From the NCBI GenBank assembly GCA_020851835.1, contig JADZBZ010000214.1, positions 1 through 57,246 on the forward strand: a DNA stretch of 57,246 nt, read 5' to 3'. Origin of the DNA: Acidobacteriota bacterium. Lineage in GTDB: Bacteria; Acidobacteriota; Vicinamibacteria; Vicinamibacterales; UBA2999. Below are positions 38,640-46,268 of this stretch, one piece after another (within the stretch, counting starts at the first letter, position 1; each line of letters starts with the position of its first letter). The notes below the pieces were generated by a model that had not been told where the DNA came from, did not search any database, and worked only from the letters and a program-made list of their open reading frames with translations. The translations under genes and the position numbers were made by a program.

Positions 38640-38900
38640 GGTCCGGCTCCAGCATACGCCGCGACAGGTGGCCGCTGATCGATTCGAGCACGTGATCGGC
38701 GACACCCACCTCGGCCAACTCCATGATGATGGTGTGGCGCAGGTCGTAGAACCGGAGCCCGTGCAGGCCGGCGGCATCACGCAGCGCCCGCCAGGCCGTG
38801 TCCCACTTCAACAACATCGGCTTGGTCGCGTCGTAGCAGCCCCACTGGCCGGCCGGCCATCCCTCGCCGATGGACTTCCAGCCGAGGCTCCCGAGTGTCG
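38640..38900 (-). pseudogene. Second tyrosine integrase, internal fragment (~80 aa) in tandem with the first
   Basis: ...WPAGQWGCYDATKPMLLKWDTAWRALRDAAGLHGLRFYDLRHTIIMELAEVGVADHVLESISGHLSRRMLE. The DNA aligns to 37575..37800. Confidence 0.65.
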
Positions 38901-38928
38901 AGAGAGCGACGTCCGTTGCCCAAGGGCG

Positions 38929-39213
38929 CTACCGCGTGATGGGTCGGCGCGCTTGATGATAGACGCAGACGATCGGCAACTCGTCGGGATGCCGCTGATA
39001 GTAGATCCGGAACGGCGGCACGCCCCAACTCCGCACGACCGCACCCGAGCGAAGCCACGAGAGTGGCCCATCAAACTCTCGGTCTGCGAGGCGGTCGATG
39101 CAGCGGGCGATCTCCGCGTCGAGGTTCGCGGCGGCGGTTGGATTCCGTTGGTTGAGATAGCTGACGACCTCGACGATGTCGGCGACCGCTTCCTCGGTGT
39201 TGGTGACCTTCAA
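38929..39213 (-). CDS. RelE/ParE-family toxin
   Basis: 94 aa. ...PFRIYYQRHPDELPIVCVYHQARR is a ParE/RelE-type C-terminus. Overlaps the upstream small gene. Confidence 0.7.
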   Translation of the reverse strand: MKVTNTEEAVADIVEVVSYLNQRNPTAAANLDAEIARCIDRLADREFDGPLSWLRSGAVVRSWGVPPFRIYYQRHPDELPIVCVYHQARRPITR

Positions 39214-39446
39214 CGCCCGAGAACTGCGTCGACGATCTCGCGAGAGCGCTTCGCGTCGACGACTCGACCTTGGCGGTACGACTCAAGCGCAGCTTCGATG
39301 CCGGCTTCTTCGTCAGGCGTCAGGGCGGGCGCCTCATCGTCAACGGGTTCGACCACGTAGCGGCCGGCAGGAAGCTCGCGCAGCTCGGTCGGAACGTCCT
39401 TGCCGTTCCAGGTGACGACCTTGGCGGTTCGGCTCAGGCCAGCCAT
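39210..39446 (-). CDS. Putative cognate antitoxin
   Basis: ~78 aa starting MAGLSRTAKVV. 4-nt overlap with the toxin gene. No family recognised. Confidence 0.5.
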   Translation of the reverse strand: MAGLSRTAKVVTWNGKDVPTELRELPAGRYVVEPVDDEAPALTPDEEAGIEAALESYRQGRVVDAKRSREIVDAVLGR

Positions 39447-39504
39447 TGTAGCTCCGGAACTGTGACGTGATCGCCGGTAGTGTCTCGACCGCACTGGAGA
39501 GCAT

Positions 39505-39759
39505 GTGAACGGCCTGCTGGACGAACTGCCCGAGGACGAAGCCGAGATGTACTTCTGGCGACTCTGGGATGTGCTCCGCCTCTATGTGAAACGCCGGAAG
39601 CCGCGGGTTGAGCGAATGCCGAGCGACTCCCGCAAACTCGCCCGTCAGATGTTTGTCTCGTCGCGACCCGTCGCATGGATGCGCAACGTGGCCTTACGAT
39701 CTTATTCTTTCGAAATGCTTGCGAAGAATATCGCCAAGGCGTTCGATGAGCCAATCTGA
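39505..39759 (+). CDS. Hypothetical protein
   Basis: 84-aa ORF in a locally lower-GC stretch. No family recognised. Confidence 0.3.
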   Translation: MNGLLDELPEDEAEMYFWRLWDVLRLYVKRRKPRVERMPSDSRKLARQMFVSSRPVAWMRNVALRSYSFEMLAKNIAKAFDEPI

Positions 39760-39875
39760 CTGCACTCCTACCCGTCGTCATCAGCAGTGGCCGGCCCAGC
39801 CCGCCGGTACCCGCACTGTCGAACCGGTCGGGAACCGTTGGCCCCGTGGGCCGCGGCTTCGCGAAGCCTACGTGC

Positions 39876-40015
39876 TATACTCCCGCCCTGATGATGACCC
39901 GGATGCGAAAGCGCACCGCTCGAAAGCGGACTTGCTCCGCGTCGGGAATTGCCGAACTCCGGTTCGCGCCCTAGCGTGGGCGCCGTCACCGAGGGCCTCC
40001 AAAGGGCCACCAGCA
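39876..40015 (+). promoter_or_regulatory. Structured 5' leader of the asd-lysC-dap operon (lysine-riboswitch-like candidate), with TATACT -10-like box at 39876..39881
   Basis: Several short hairpins (UGCG-AAAG-CGCA, CCGCU-CGAA-AGCGG, UCGG-GAAUUG-CCGA, GCGCCC-UAGCGU-GGGCGC). Motifs GGAUGCGAA, GGGAAUUGCCGAA and CCGUCACCGAGGG recall L-box conserved segments. Genomic context is lysine biosynthesis. Confidence 0.4.
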
Positions 40016-40052
40016 CCCGCCGCGGCAGACGCCCTGGCGGGTTTTTTGTTTT
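40016..40052 (+). terminator. Intrinsic terminator/attenuator hairpin + U-tract
   Basis: CCCGCC...GGCGGG stem followed by TTTTTTGTTTT, ~40 nt upstream of the asd start. A T-run like this is rare in this GC-rich DNA. Confidence 0.6.
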
Positions 40053-40093
40053 GAGCGCGCGCCGGCCTATCGGTGCCCGCACGAGGAGGCCGT

Positions 40094-41134
40094 GTGAGAG
40101 CGATTGAGGTTGGGGTGCTCGGTGCCACGGGCGTAGTGGGGCAGCAGTTCGTCTTGCGACTGGCGGCGCACCCCTGGTTCCGCCTCACCTGGCTGGCCGC
40201 CAGCGAGCGGTCCGAAGGCAAGGTCTACAAGAGCGTCGCGCCGTGGCGCCTGGCCACCCCGGTGCCCGACGATGCCGCCGGCCGCGTGGTCGAGCCGTGC
40301 GTGCCGGGCCGCGGGCCGAAGGTGGTGTTTTCGGGCCTCGATGCCTCGGTAGCGGGTGACATCGAGAGCGCGTTCGCCGCCGCCGGGCACATCGTCGTCA
40401 GCAACGCGCGCAACTTCCGCATGGACCCGCTGGTGCCGCTGCTGATTCCCGAGGTGAATGCGGATCACCTGGCCCTCGTGGCCGAACAGCGCGCCGGCAA
40501 GGGCTGGCCGGGCGCCATCGTCACCAATCCCAATTGTTCCACCATCGTGCTGGCCCTGGCGCTGGCTCCGCTCTGCCCGTTCGACGTCCGCGCCGTCGTG
40601 GTCTCGACCATGCAAGCCGTGTCGGGCGCCGGGTATCCAGGCGTGCCGTCGCTCGACATCCTCGGCAACGTCGTGCCGTTCATCGGCGGTGAAGAGGAGA
40701 AGATGGAGAGCGAGACGCGGAAGATCCTGGGCCGGGACGGTGGCCGCGCGGTGCACCCGATGATCATCAGCGCCCATACCAACCGCGTACCGGTCATCGA
40801 CGGCCACACCATGACGGTGTCGGTGGACCTGGGCGCCAGGCCGACGCCCGACGAGGTCGTTGCGGCGTTGCGCGACTTCAAGGGCAGGCCGCAGGAGCTG
40901 AACCTCCCGAGCGCGCCACAGCCTGCCATCGTGGTGATGGACCAGCCGAACCGACCGCAGGCCCGACTCGACGCGGACCTGGGATCGGGCATGGCCGTCG
41001 CCGTGGGCCGCGTGCGGCCGTGCCCGGTGCTGCAGACACGGCTGGTCGCGCTGGGGCACAACACGGTTCGCGGCGCCGCCGGCGCCGCCATCCTGAACGC
41101 GGAGTTGATGCACGCCGAAGGGATGCTGGATTAG
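40094..41134 (+). CDS. asd: Aspartate-semialdehyde dehydrogenase
   Basis: VGVLGATGVVGQQF (NAD(P) fold), NPNCSTI active-site Cys. GTG start 4 nt after GAGGAGG. Confidence 0.9.
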   Translation: MRAIEVGVLGATGVVGQQFVLRLAAHPWFRLTWLAASERSEGKVYKSVAPWRLATPVPDDAAGRVVEPCVPGRGPKVVFSGLDASVAGDIESAFAAAGHIVVSNARNFRMDPLVPLLIPEVNADHLALVAEQRAGKGWPGAIVTNPNCSTIVLALALAPLCPFDVRAVVVSTMQAVSGAGYPGVPSLDILGNVVPFIGGEEEKMESETRKILGRDGGRAVHPMIISAHTNRVPVIDGHTMTVSVDLGARPTPDEVVAALRDFKGRPQELNLPSAPQPAIVVMDQPNRPQARLDADLGSGMAVAVGRVRPCPVLQTRLVALGHNTVRGAAGAAILNAELMHAEGMLD

Positions 41135-41176
41135 AAGGCGAAGGCCGGTGGTCGGATCCCGGATCGAGGTTCTGTA

Positions 41177-42595
41177 ATGGTCGTCATGAAATTCGGAGGC
41201 ACGTCGGTGGCCGATCGCGCTGCGATCGAGCGCCTGATGGCCATCGTGCGCGCCGAACGGCAGGCCGAAGCCCAGCGCGAGAGCGGCGACGCCCGCGGGC
41301 CCATCGTCGTGGTGTCGGCGCTCTCGGGTGTCACCGACAGGCTGCTCGGCGTGGCCGCGCAGGCGGGCGCCGGCGACGCGGAAGGCGCCCGCAGCAGCCT
41401 GCGCGAGCTGCACGAGCGCCACGTGACGGTGTCGGAGGTCATCGTGGACGACGATCTGCGGGCCTCCACGCGCGAAGCCATGGCTCGAGATGTCGGCGAG
41501 CTGGAACGCATCGTCCTGGCCCTGTCCGTCCTTCGTGAAGTGTCGCCCCGCTGGATGGACACCGTCGCCGCTGCCGGCGAGGTGCTCAGCAGCCGACTCG
41601 TGGCCGCAGCCCTCACTTCGCACGGCCTGCCCGCCGCCTGGGTGGACGCGCGGCTGGCCGTGGTCACCGACGGCGAGCATCAGGCCGCCGCCCCGCAGTT
41701 CACCGAGACGACGGCCGCGCTCGTCGCGCAGGTGGATCCCGTGCTGGCCTCGGGACGTATTCCGGTTCTGGGAGGATTTGTCGGCGCGACGCGGGACGGC
41801 GTCACCACCACGCTCGGCCGCGGGGGCTCGGACTACTCCGCGGCCATCGTCGGCGCCTGTCTGGGCGTGGCCGAAATCCAGGTCTGGACCGACGTGGACG
41901 GCATGCTCACGTCCGATCCGCGCATCGTCAAGGACCCGCCCGTGGTGCCACACCTCTCGTTTGGCGAAGCGTCCGAGCTGGCCTACTTCGGTGCCAAGGT
42001 GCTGCACCCGGCCACCATCCAGCCGGCGGTCGCGCGCAACATTCCGGTTCGCATCCTCAACTCGCGCTGCGCCACCGCCCGCGGCACGCTGATCACGGCC
42101 GAGCGCCCCGACGGCGGGCGTCTGCTCACGGCCGTCGCCTCGAAGAAAGGCGTTACGGTGGTCAACATCACCTCGACGCGGATGCTGATGGCCCACGGCT
42201 TTCTCAGCCGCCTGTTCGCCGTGTTCGAGCGCTTCAGGACCGCGGTAGACGTGGTCACCACATCCGAAGTGAGCGTCTCGGTCACCGTGGACGATGCGCG
42301 GCGGCTGCCGGCCATCGTGGACGAGCTGTCGGGGTTCGCCGACGTGTCGTGCGAGGATTGCATGGCGATCGTCTGCGCGGTCGGCGAGGGCCTGCAGCGG
42401 GACACCGGCCTGGCCGCGCACGTGCTGGCGGCGGTGGGCGACGTGCCGCTCCACCTGGTGTCGCAGGCGGCCTCCCGGCGCAACATCACGTTCGTCATTC
42501 GCGAGACCGACGTGGCCACGGCCCTCAGCCGCCTGCACGAAGCGTTCTTCGCGCCGGGCCAGGGCCTCCGTGCGGTGGCGGGCGCCGCCAGGTGA
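41177..42595 (+). CDS. lysC: Aspartate kinase
   Basis: MVVMKFGGTSVAD..., ...GRGGSDYSAAI..., C-terminal ACT-like region. Confidence 0.9.
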   Translation: MVVMKFGGTSVADRAAIERLMAIVRAERQAEAQRESGDARGPIVVVSALSGVTDRLLGVAAQAGAGDAEGARSSLRELHERHVTVSEVIVDDDLRASTREAMARDVGELERIVLALSVLREVSPRWMDTVAAAGEVLSSRLVAAALTSHGLPAAWVDARLAVVTDGEHQAAAPQFTETTAALVAQVDPVLASGRIPVLGGFVGATRDGVTTTLGRGGSDYSAAIVGACLGVAEIQVWTDVDGMLTSDPRIVKDPPVVPHLSFGEASELAYFGAKVLHPATIQPAVARNIPVRILNSRCATARGTLITAERPDGGRLLTAVASKKGVTVVNITSTRMLMAHGFLSRLFAVFERFRTAVDVVTTSEVSVSVTVDDARRLPAIVDELSGFADVSCEDCMAIVCAVGEGLQRDTGLAAHVLAAVGDVPLHLVSQAASRRNITFVIRETDVATALSRLHEAFFAPGQGLRAVAGAAR

Positions 42596-42600
42596 CGCCC

Positions 42601-43281
42601 ATGCGGCTGCTCATCGTCGGCCACGGGCGGATGGGCACGCTGGTCGAGTCCCTCGCACCCGCGCATGGATTCGAGGTCGCCGGCATCGTGCAGCGTGCCG
42701 GCGGGGCCGGGGCCATCGCCGATGCCCGGTTCGGAGAAGCAGACGTGGCCATCGATTTCACCCTGGCCGAGGCCGTGCCCGTCAACCTGGCGGCCTTGGC
42801 CGCGCGCGGGATCAACGCCGTTATCGGCACAACCGGCTGGCAGGCGCACGAATCGTCCCTGAGGGCCCTGGTGGCCGAGAGGAATACCGGCGTGGTGGCG
42901 GCATCGAATTTTTCTCTGGGCATGGCGCTCTTCGAGTTGGTGGTGGAGGAGGCGGCCCGCCGTTTCGCGCCGCAGGCCAACTTCGGCGCGTGGATCCACG
43001 AGGCGCATCACGATCGGAAGAAGGATGCGCCGTCGGGAACGGCGCTCAGCCTCGAGGCCGGCATGGTGCGCGAGGGATTTCCCCGTACCATCGATGTCTC
43101 GTCCACCCGGGCGGGCTTCATTCCCGGCACGCATACGGTTGGCTTCGACGGCCCGTCGGAGACGGTCGAGCTGACGCACAGGGTTCGCGATCGCGCCGTC
43201 TTCGCGCGCGGTGCGCTGGTGGCAGCCCGATGGCTGATTGGGAGGCGCGGGTGGTACTCGATGAGGGATGTGTTGGAGTAA
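42601..43281 (+). CDS. dapB: 4-hydroxy-tetrahydrodipicolinate reductase
   Basis: MRLLIVGHGRMG..., ...EAHHDRKKDAPSGTA... is the DapB signature. Confidence 0.85.
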   Translation: MRLLIVGHGRMGTLVESLAPAHGFEVAGIVQRAGGAGAIADARFGEADVAIDFTLAEAVPVNLAALAARGINAVIGTTGWQAHESSLRALVAERNTGVVAASNFSLGMALFELVVEEAARRFAPQANFGAWIHEAHHDRKKDAPSGTALSLEAGMVREGFPRTIDVSSTRAGFIPGTHTVGFDGPSETVELTHRVRDRAVFARGALVAARWLIGRRGWYSMRDVLE

Positions 43282-43315
43282 GTACGGTGGGTGCGAACAG
43301 GTGCGGGAGGATGCC

Positions 43316-44215
43316 ATGAGAACTCCGTGGACCGGGGTCGGCACGGCGCTGGTCACGCCCTTCACACAAGGCGGGGCCGTGGACGAGGCCGGCGTCAGGC
43401 GGCTGGCGCGGCGGCAGATCGACGCAGGCGTCCACTTTCTCGTGCCCTGCGGCACGACGGGCGAAACGCCCACGCTGTCGGATATCGAGCGGCGGCGGGT
43501 GGTGGAGCTGGTCGTGGAAGTGGCGGCCGGGAAGGTGCCCGTCATGGCTGGCGCCGGCGGCTACAGCACCACGGAGGTGGTGCACGCGGCGCGCGCGATG
43601 CAGCAGGCGGGTGCCACCGGACTGCTCTCGGTGACCCCGTACTACAACAAGCCCACGCCCGAGGGCCTCTTCCAGCACTTCTCGGCCGTCGCCGACGCGA
43701 CGCCGCTGCCCATCGTGCTCTACAACGTGCCAGGCCGCACGGGCTGCAATATGGACGCGGCCACCGTGGCGCGGCTGGCGACTCTTCACACGATCGTTGG
43801 CGTGAAGGAGGCCTCCGGTAACATCCAGCAGATGGCCGAGATCCTCCGCGCGACGCCGGACGACTTCCTCGTGCTGTCGGGCGACGATGCCATCACGCTG
43901 CCGCTGATGGCGATGGGCGGCCGCGGCATCATCTCGGTGGCGTCGAACGAGATTCCCGCCGAGATGGTGCAGATGGTGGAAGCCGCCGAACGCGGCAACT
44001 TCGAGTCGGCGCGGGCACTGCACCGGCGGTGGCTGCCGCTCCTGCTGGTGAACTTCATCGAGTCGAACCCCGGACCGGTGAAGTTCGCCATGGCGGCCAT
44101 GGGCCTCTGCGAAGAGGTGTACCGGCTGCCGATGGTTCCGCCGCGGCCGGCGTCGAAGGAGAAGGTGCTGGCCGTGCTGACCGAGCTGGGCATAGTCGAG
44201 ACGGCAGTGGGCTGA
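43316..44215 (+). CDS. dapA: 4-hydroxy-tetrahydrodipicolinate synthase
   Basis: GVGTALVTPF...VPCGTTGE...YYNKP...VGVKEAS (Schiff-base Lys). Confidence 0.9.
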   Translation: MRTPWTGVGTALVTPFTQGGAVDEAGVRRLARRQIDAGVHFLVPCGTTGETPTLSDIERRRVVELVVEVAAGKVPVMAGAGGYSTTEVVHAARAMQQAGATGLLSVTPYYNKPTPEGLFQHFSAVADATPLPIVLYNVPGRTGCNMDAATVARLATLHTIVGVKEASGNIQQMAEILRATPDDFLVLSGDDAITLPLMAMGGRGIISVASNEIPAEMVQMVEAAERGNFESARALHRRWLPLLLVNFIESNPGPVKFAMAAMGLCEEVYRLPMVPPRPASKEKVLAVLTELGIVETAVG

Positions 44216-44230
44216 CGTGGGCGCGACGGC

Positions 44231-45058
44231 ATGAAAGAACGGATCGAACGGTTGTTTGCGGCGGGAGCCGGGGCCGACAAGGCCGAGGCTCGCGCCGTGT
44301 TCGCGGAGCTGCGGCAGGCGCTGGGCGCGGGCACGGTGCGCGCGGCCGAGCCCGACGCGGGAGCGCCCACGGGCTGGCGCGTCAACGCGTGGGTGAAGCA
44401 GGGCATCCTGCTCGGCTTCCGCTTCGGCGACCTCGTGGACATGAGCGAGGGCCTGCCGTTCTACGACAAGGACACGATGCCCGTGAAGCGACCCGGCACC
44501 GGGGCGGGCATTCGCATCGTTCCCGGCGGCTCGAGCGTGCGCGACGGCGCGTTCGTGGCGGCAGGTGTCATCTGCATGCCGCCGATGTACATCAACATCG
44601 GCGCGTGGGTCGGGGAGGGGACGCTCGTGGATTCGCATGCGCTCGTCGGGTCGTGCGCGCAGATTGGCGCACGCGTGCACGTGAGCGCCGCGGCCCAGAT
44701 TGGCGGCGTCATCGAGCCGGTCGGTGCGCTGCCGGTCATCATCGAAGACGAGGTGCTGGTGGGCGGCAACACCGGCATCTACGAGGGCGCGGTGATCAAG
44801 CGGCGTGCGGTGATCGGGGCGGGCACGGTGCTCACCGGGTCGACGCCCGTCTACGACCTGCCGCACGGCCGGATCATCCGTCCCGAGTCGGGTCAGCCCA
44901 TCGTCGTGCCCGAAGGGGCGGTTGTGGTGCCGGGCGCACGGCAGGTGACGGTGGGCGTTGGACGCGACTGGGGTGTGTCGCTGGCGACGCCCGTCATCGT
45001 GAAGTACCGCGACGATCGGACCGATACGCGCACGGAGCTCGAAGCGTGGATCCGGTAG
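44231..45058 (+). CDS. dapD: 2,3,4,5-tetrahydropyridine-2,6-dicarboxylate N-succinyltransferase (hexapeptide-repeat)
   Basis: Left-handed beta-helix hexapeptide repeats. N-terminal region typical of DapD. Located in the dap operon. Confidence 0.8.
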   Translation: MKERIERLFAAGAGADKAEARAVFAELRQALGAGTVRAAEPDAGAPTGWRVNAWVKQGILLGFRFGDLVDMSEGLPFYDKDTMPVKRPGTGAGIRIVPGGSSVRDGAFVAAGVICMPPMYINIGAWVGEGTLVDSHALVGSCAQIGARVHVSAAAQIGGVIEPVGALPVIIEDEVLVGGNTGIYEGAVIKRRAVIGAGTVLTGSTPVYDLPHGRIIRPESGQPIVVPEGAVVVPGARQVTVGVGRDWGVSLATPVIVKYRDDRTDTRTELEAWIR

Positions 45059-46107
45059 ATCCGGTTGCGCTGGCGCGCGAGCTGATCGACATCGATTCCA
45101 CCACGGGCCGCGAAGGCGCGGCGGCGCGGGCGCTGGCGGCCTATCTGCGCGCGAGAGGCCTTGCCGTACTCGAACAGCCGCTGGTGGCCGCGGAATCCGA
45201 CGTCGAGCGGGGCGGACCGCTCGAGGCGTCGGCCGACCGTATCAACGTCATTGCCGCCGCGGGCGAACCCGCGGTCGTCTTTTCCACCCACATCGACTGT
45301 GTGCCGCCGTTCTTCCCCAGCCGCCTCGAAGGAGGCCGGCTGTTCGGGCGCGGAGCCTGCGACGCCAAGGGGATTCTGGCTGCCCAGGTGGGGGCCGTGG
45401 AGCGCCTGCGCGCGCGCGGCGAGACGCGGGTGGGCCTGGTGGTGGTGGCGGGGGAGGAGCGCGGCAGCGACGGGGCCCGCGCCGCCAACCGCATGGCGTC
45501 GCGCTCGCGTTACCTGATCAACGGCGAGCCCACCGACAACCGGCTGGGTTCGGCCACGCGCGGCGTGTTCCGCGTGAGGCTCGTGACCAGGGGCATCGCC
45601 GTCCATTCCGGCTATCCCGATCTGGGCCGCTCGGCCATCGAACTGCTCGTGGACGTGCTCGTCTGCCTGCGGGAGGCGAGGTGGCCGGAAGATCCCGTGC
45701 TGGGCCGCACGCACTACACGGTGGCGTTCATTGCCGGGGGTGTGGCGCCCAACGTCGTGCCTCCGCACGCCGAGGCCGAGCTGACGTTCCGCAGCGTGGG
45801 CGCGCACGACGAGATCCGGAGGGTGCTGGCGGCCGCGGTCGGCGATCGTGCGTCCCTGCACGAGATGGTGGAGGTGCCGCCCGTCCGCCTCACGACGCCG
45901 GAGGGGTTCGAGACAGCCGTCTTCGCCTACACGACCGACATCCCGCTCCTGACCAACTGGGGCACGCCGCTGCTAGTCGGACCCGGCTCGATCCACGTGG
46001 CGCATACGGACCACGAGCACGTGCGCGTGGACGATCTGCACGAGGCCGTGGACCTGTACGAGCGGCTGGCGCTACTGTTGCTGGACCGCAGCCAGGCGAT
46101 AGACTGA
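45046..46107 (+). CDS. dapE: M20-family metallopeptidase (ArgE/DapE-type; likely succinyl-diaminopimelate desuccinylase)
   Basis: ...LIDIDSTTGREG..., HIDCVPP, GRGACDAKG, GEERGSDG metal ligands. GTG start overlapping the dapD end. Confidence 0.7.
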   Translation: MDPVDPVALARELIDIDSTTGREGAAARALAAYLRARGLAVLEQPLVAAESDVERGGPLEASADRINVIAAAGEPAVVFSTHIDCVPPFFPSRLEGGRLFGRGACDAKGILAAQVGAVERLRARGETRVGLVVVAGEERGSDGARAANRMASRSRYLINGEPTDNRLGSATRGVFRVRLVTRGIAVHSGYPDLGRSAIELLVDVLVCLREARWPEDPVLGRTHYTVAFIAGGVAPNVVPPHAEAELTFRSVGAHDEIRRVLAAAVGDRASLHEMVEVPPVRLTTPEGFETAVFAYTTDIPLLTNWGTPLLVGPGSIHVAHTDHEHVRVDDLHEAVDLYERLALLLLDRSQAID

Positions 46108-46268
46108 CAGTCCGTGGTGGAAGTGGTGACGTAGCACCGAGGGCGGCGATGCGCCCGGATCGCAAGGCGCGACGACTGAGAATATCGGGCCATATTCGAA
46201 GGAGGAGCAACGAAGCGAGGCGGGATGCGGCGCCGGCCGAATGCCGGCACCACTTCCACCACGGACTG
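46108..46268. repeat. 161-bp element bounded by perfect 21-bp inverted repeats
   Basis: CAGTCCGTGGTGGAAGTGGTG (46108..46128) is the exact reverse complement of 46248..46268. The element fills the entire gap between two convergent stop codons. Confidence 0.85.

Noticed and set aside
40067-42538. Very long antisense ORFs in the track (e.g. 40067..42538-, 43118..44866-, 45681..47666+, 47437..48810-, 21398..23380+, 2845..4533+, 346..2328-, 53250..54704+, 30450..31976-)
   Set aside because: Each lies opposite a well-supported gene with clear family motifs. Their translations are Arg/Gly/Pro/Ala-rich low-complexity sequence typical of stop-poor antisense frames in high-GC DNA.
44029-46107. A single 692-aa protein spanning dapD and the M20 peptidase
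   Set aside because: The first ~340 aa are an out-of-frame overlap of dapD with junk composition. The real M20 gene starts at GTG 45046 (VDPVDPVALARELIDIDS...).
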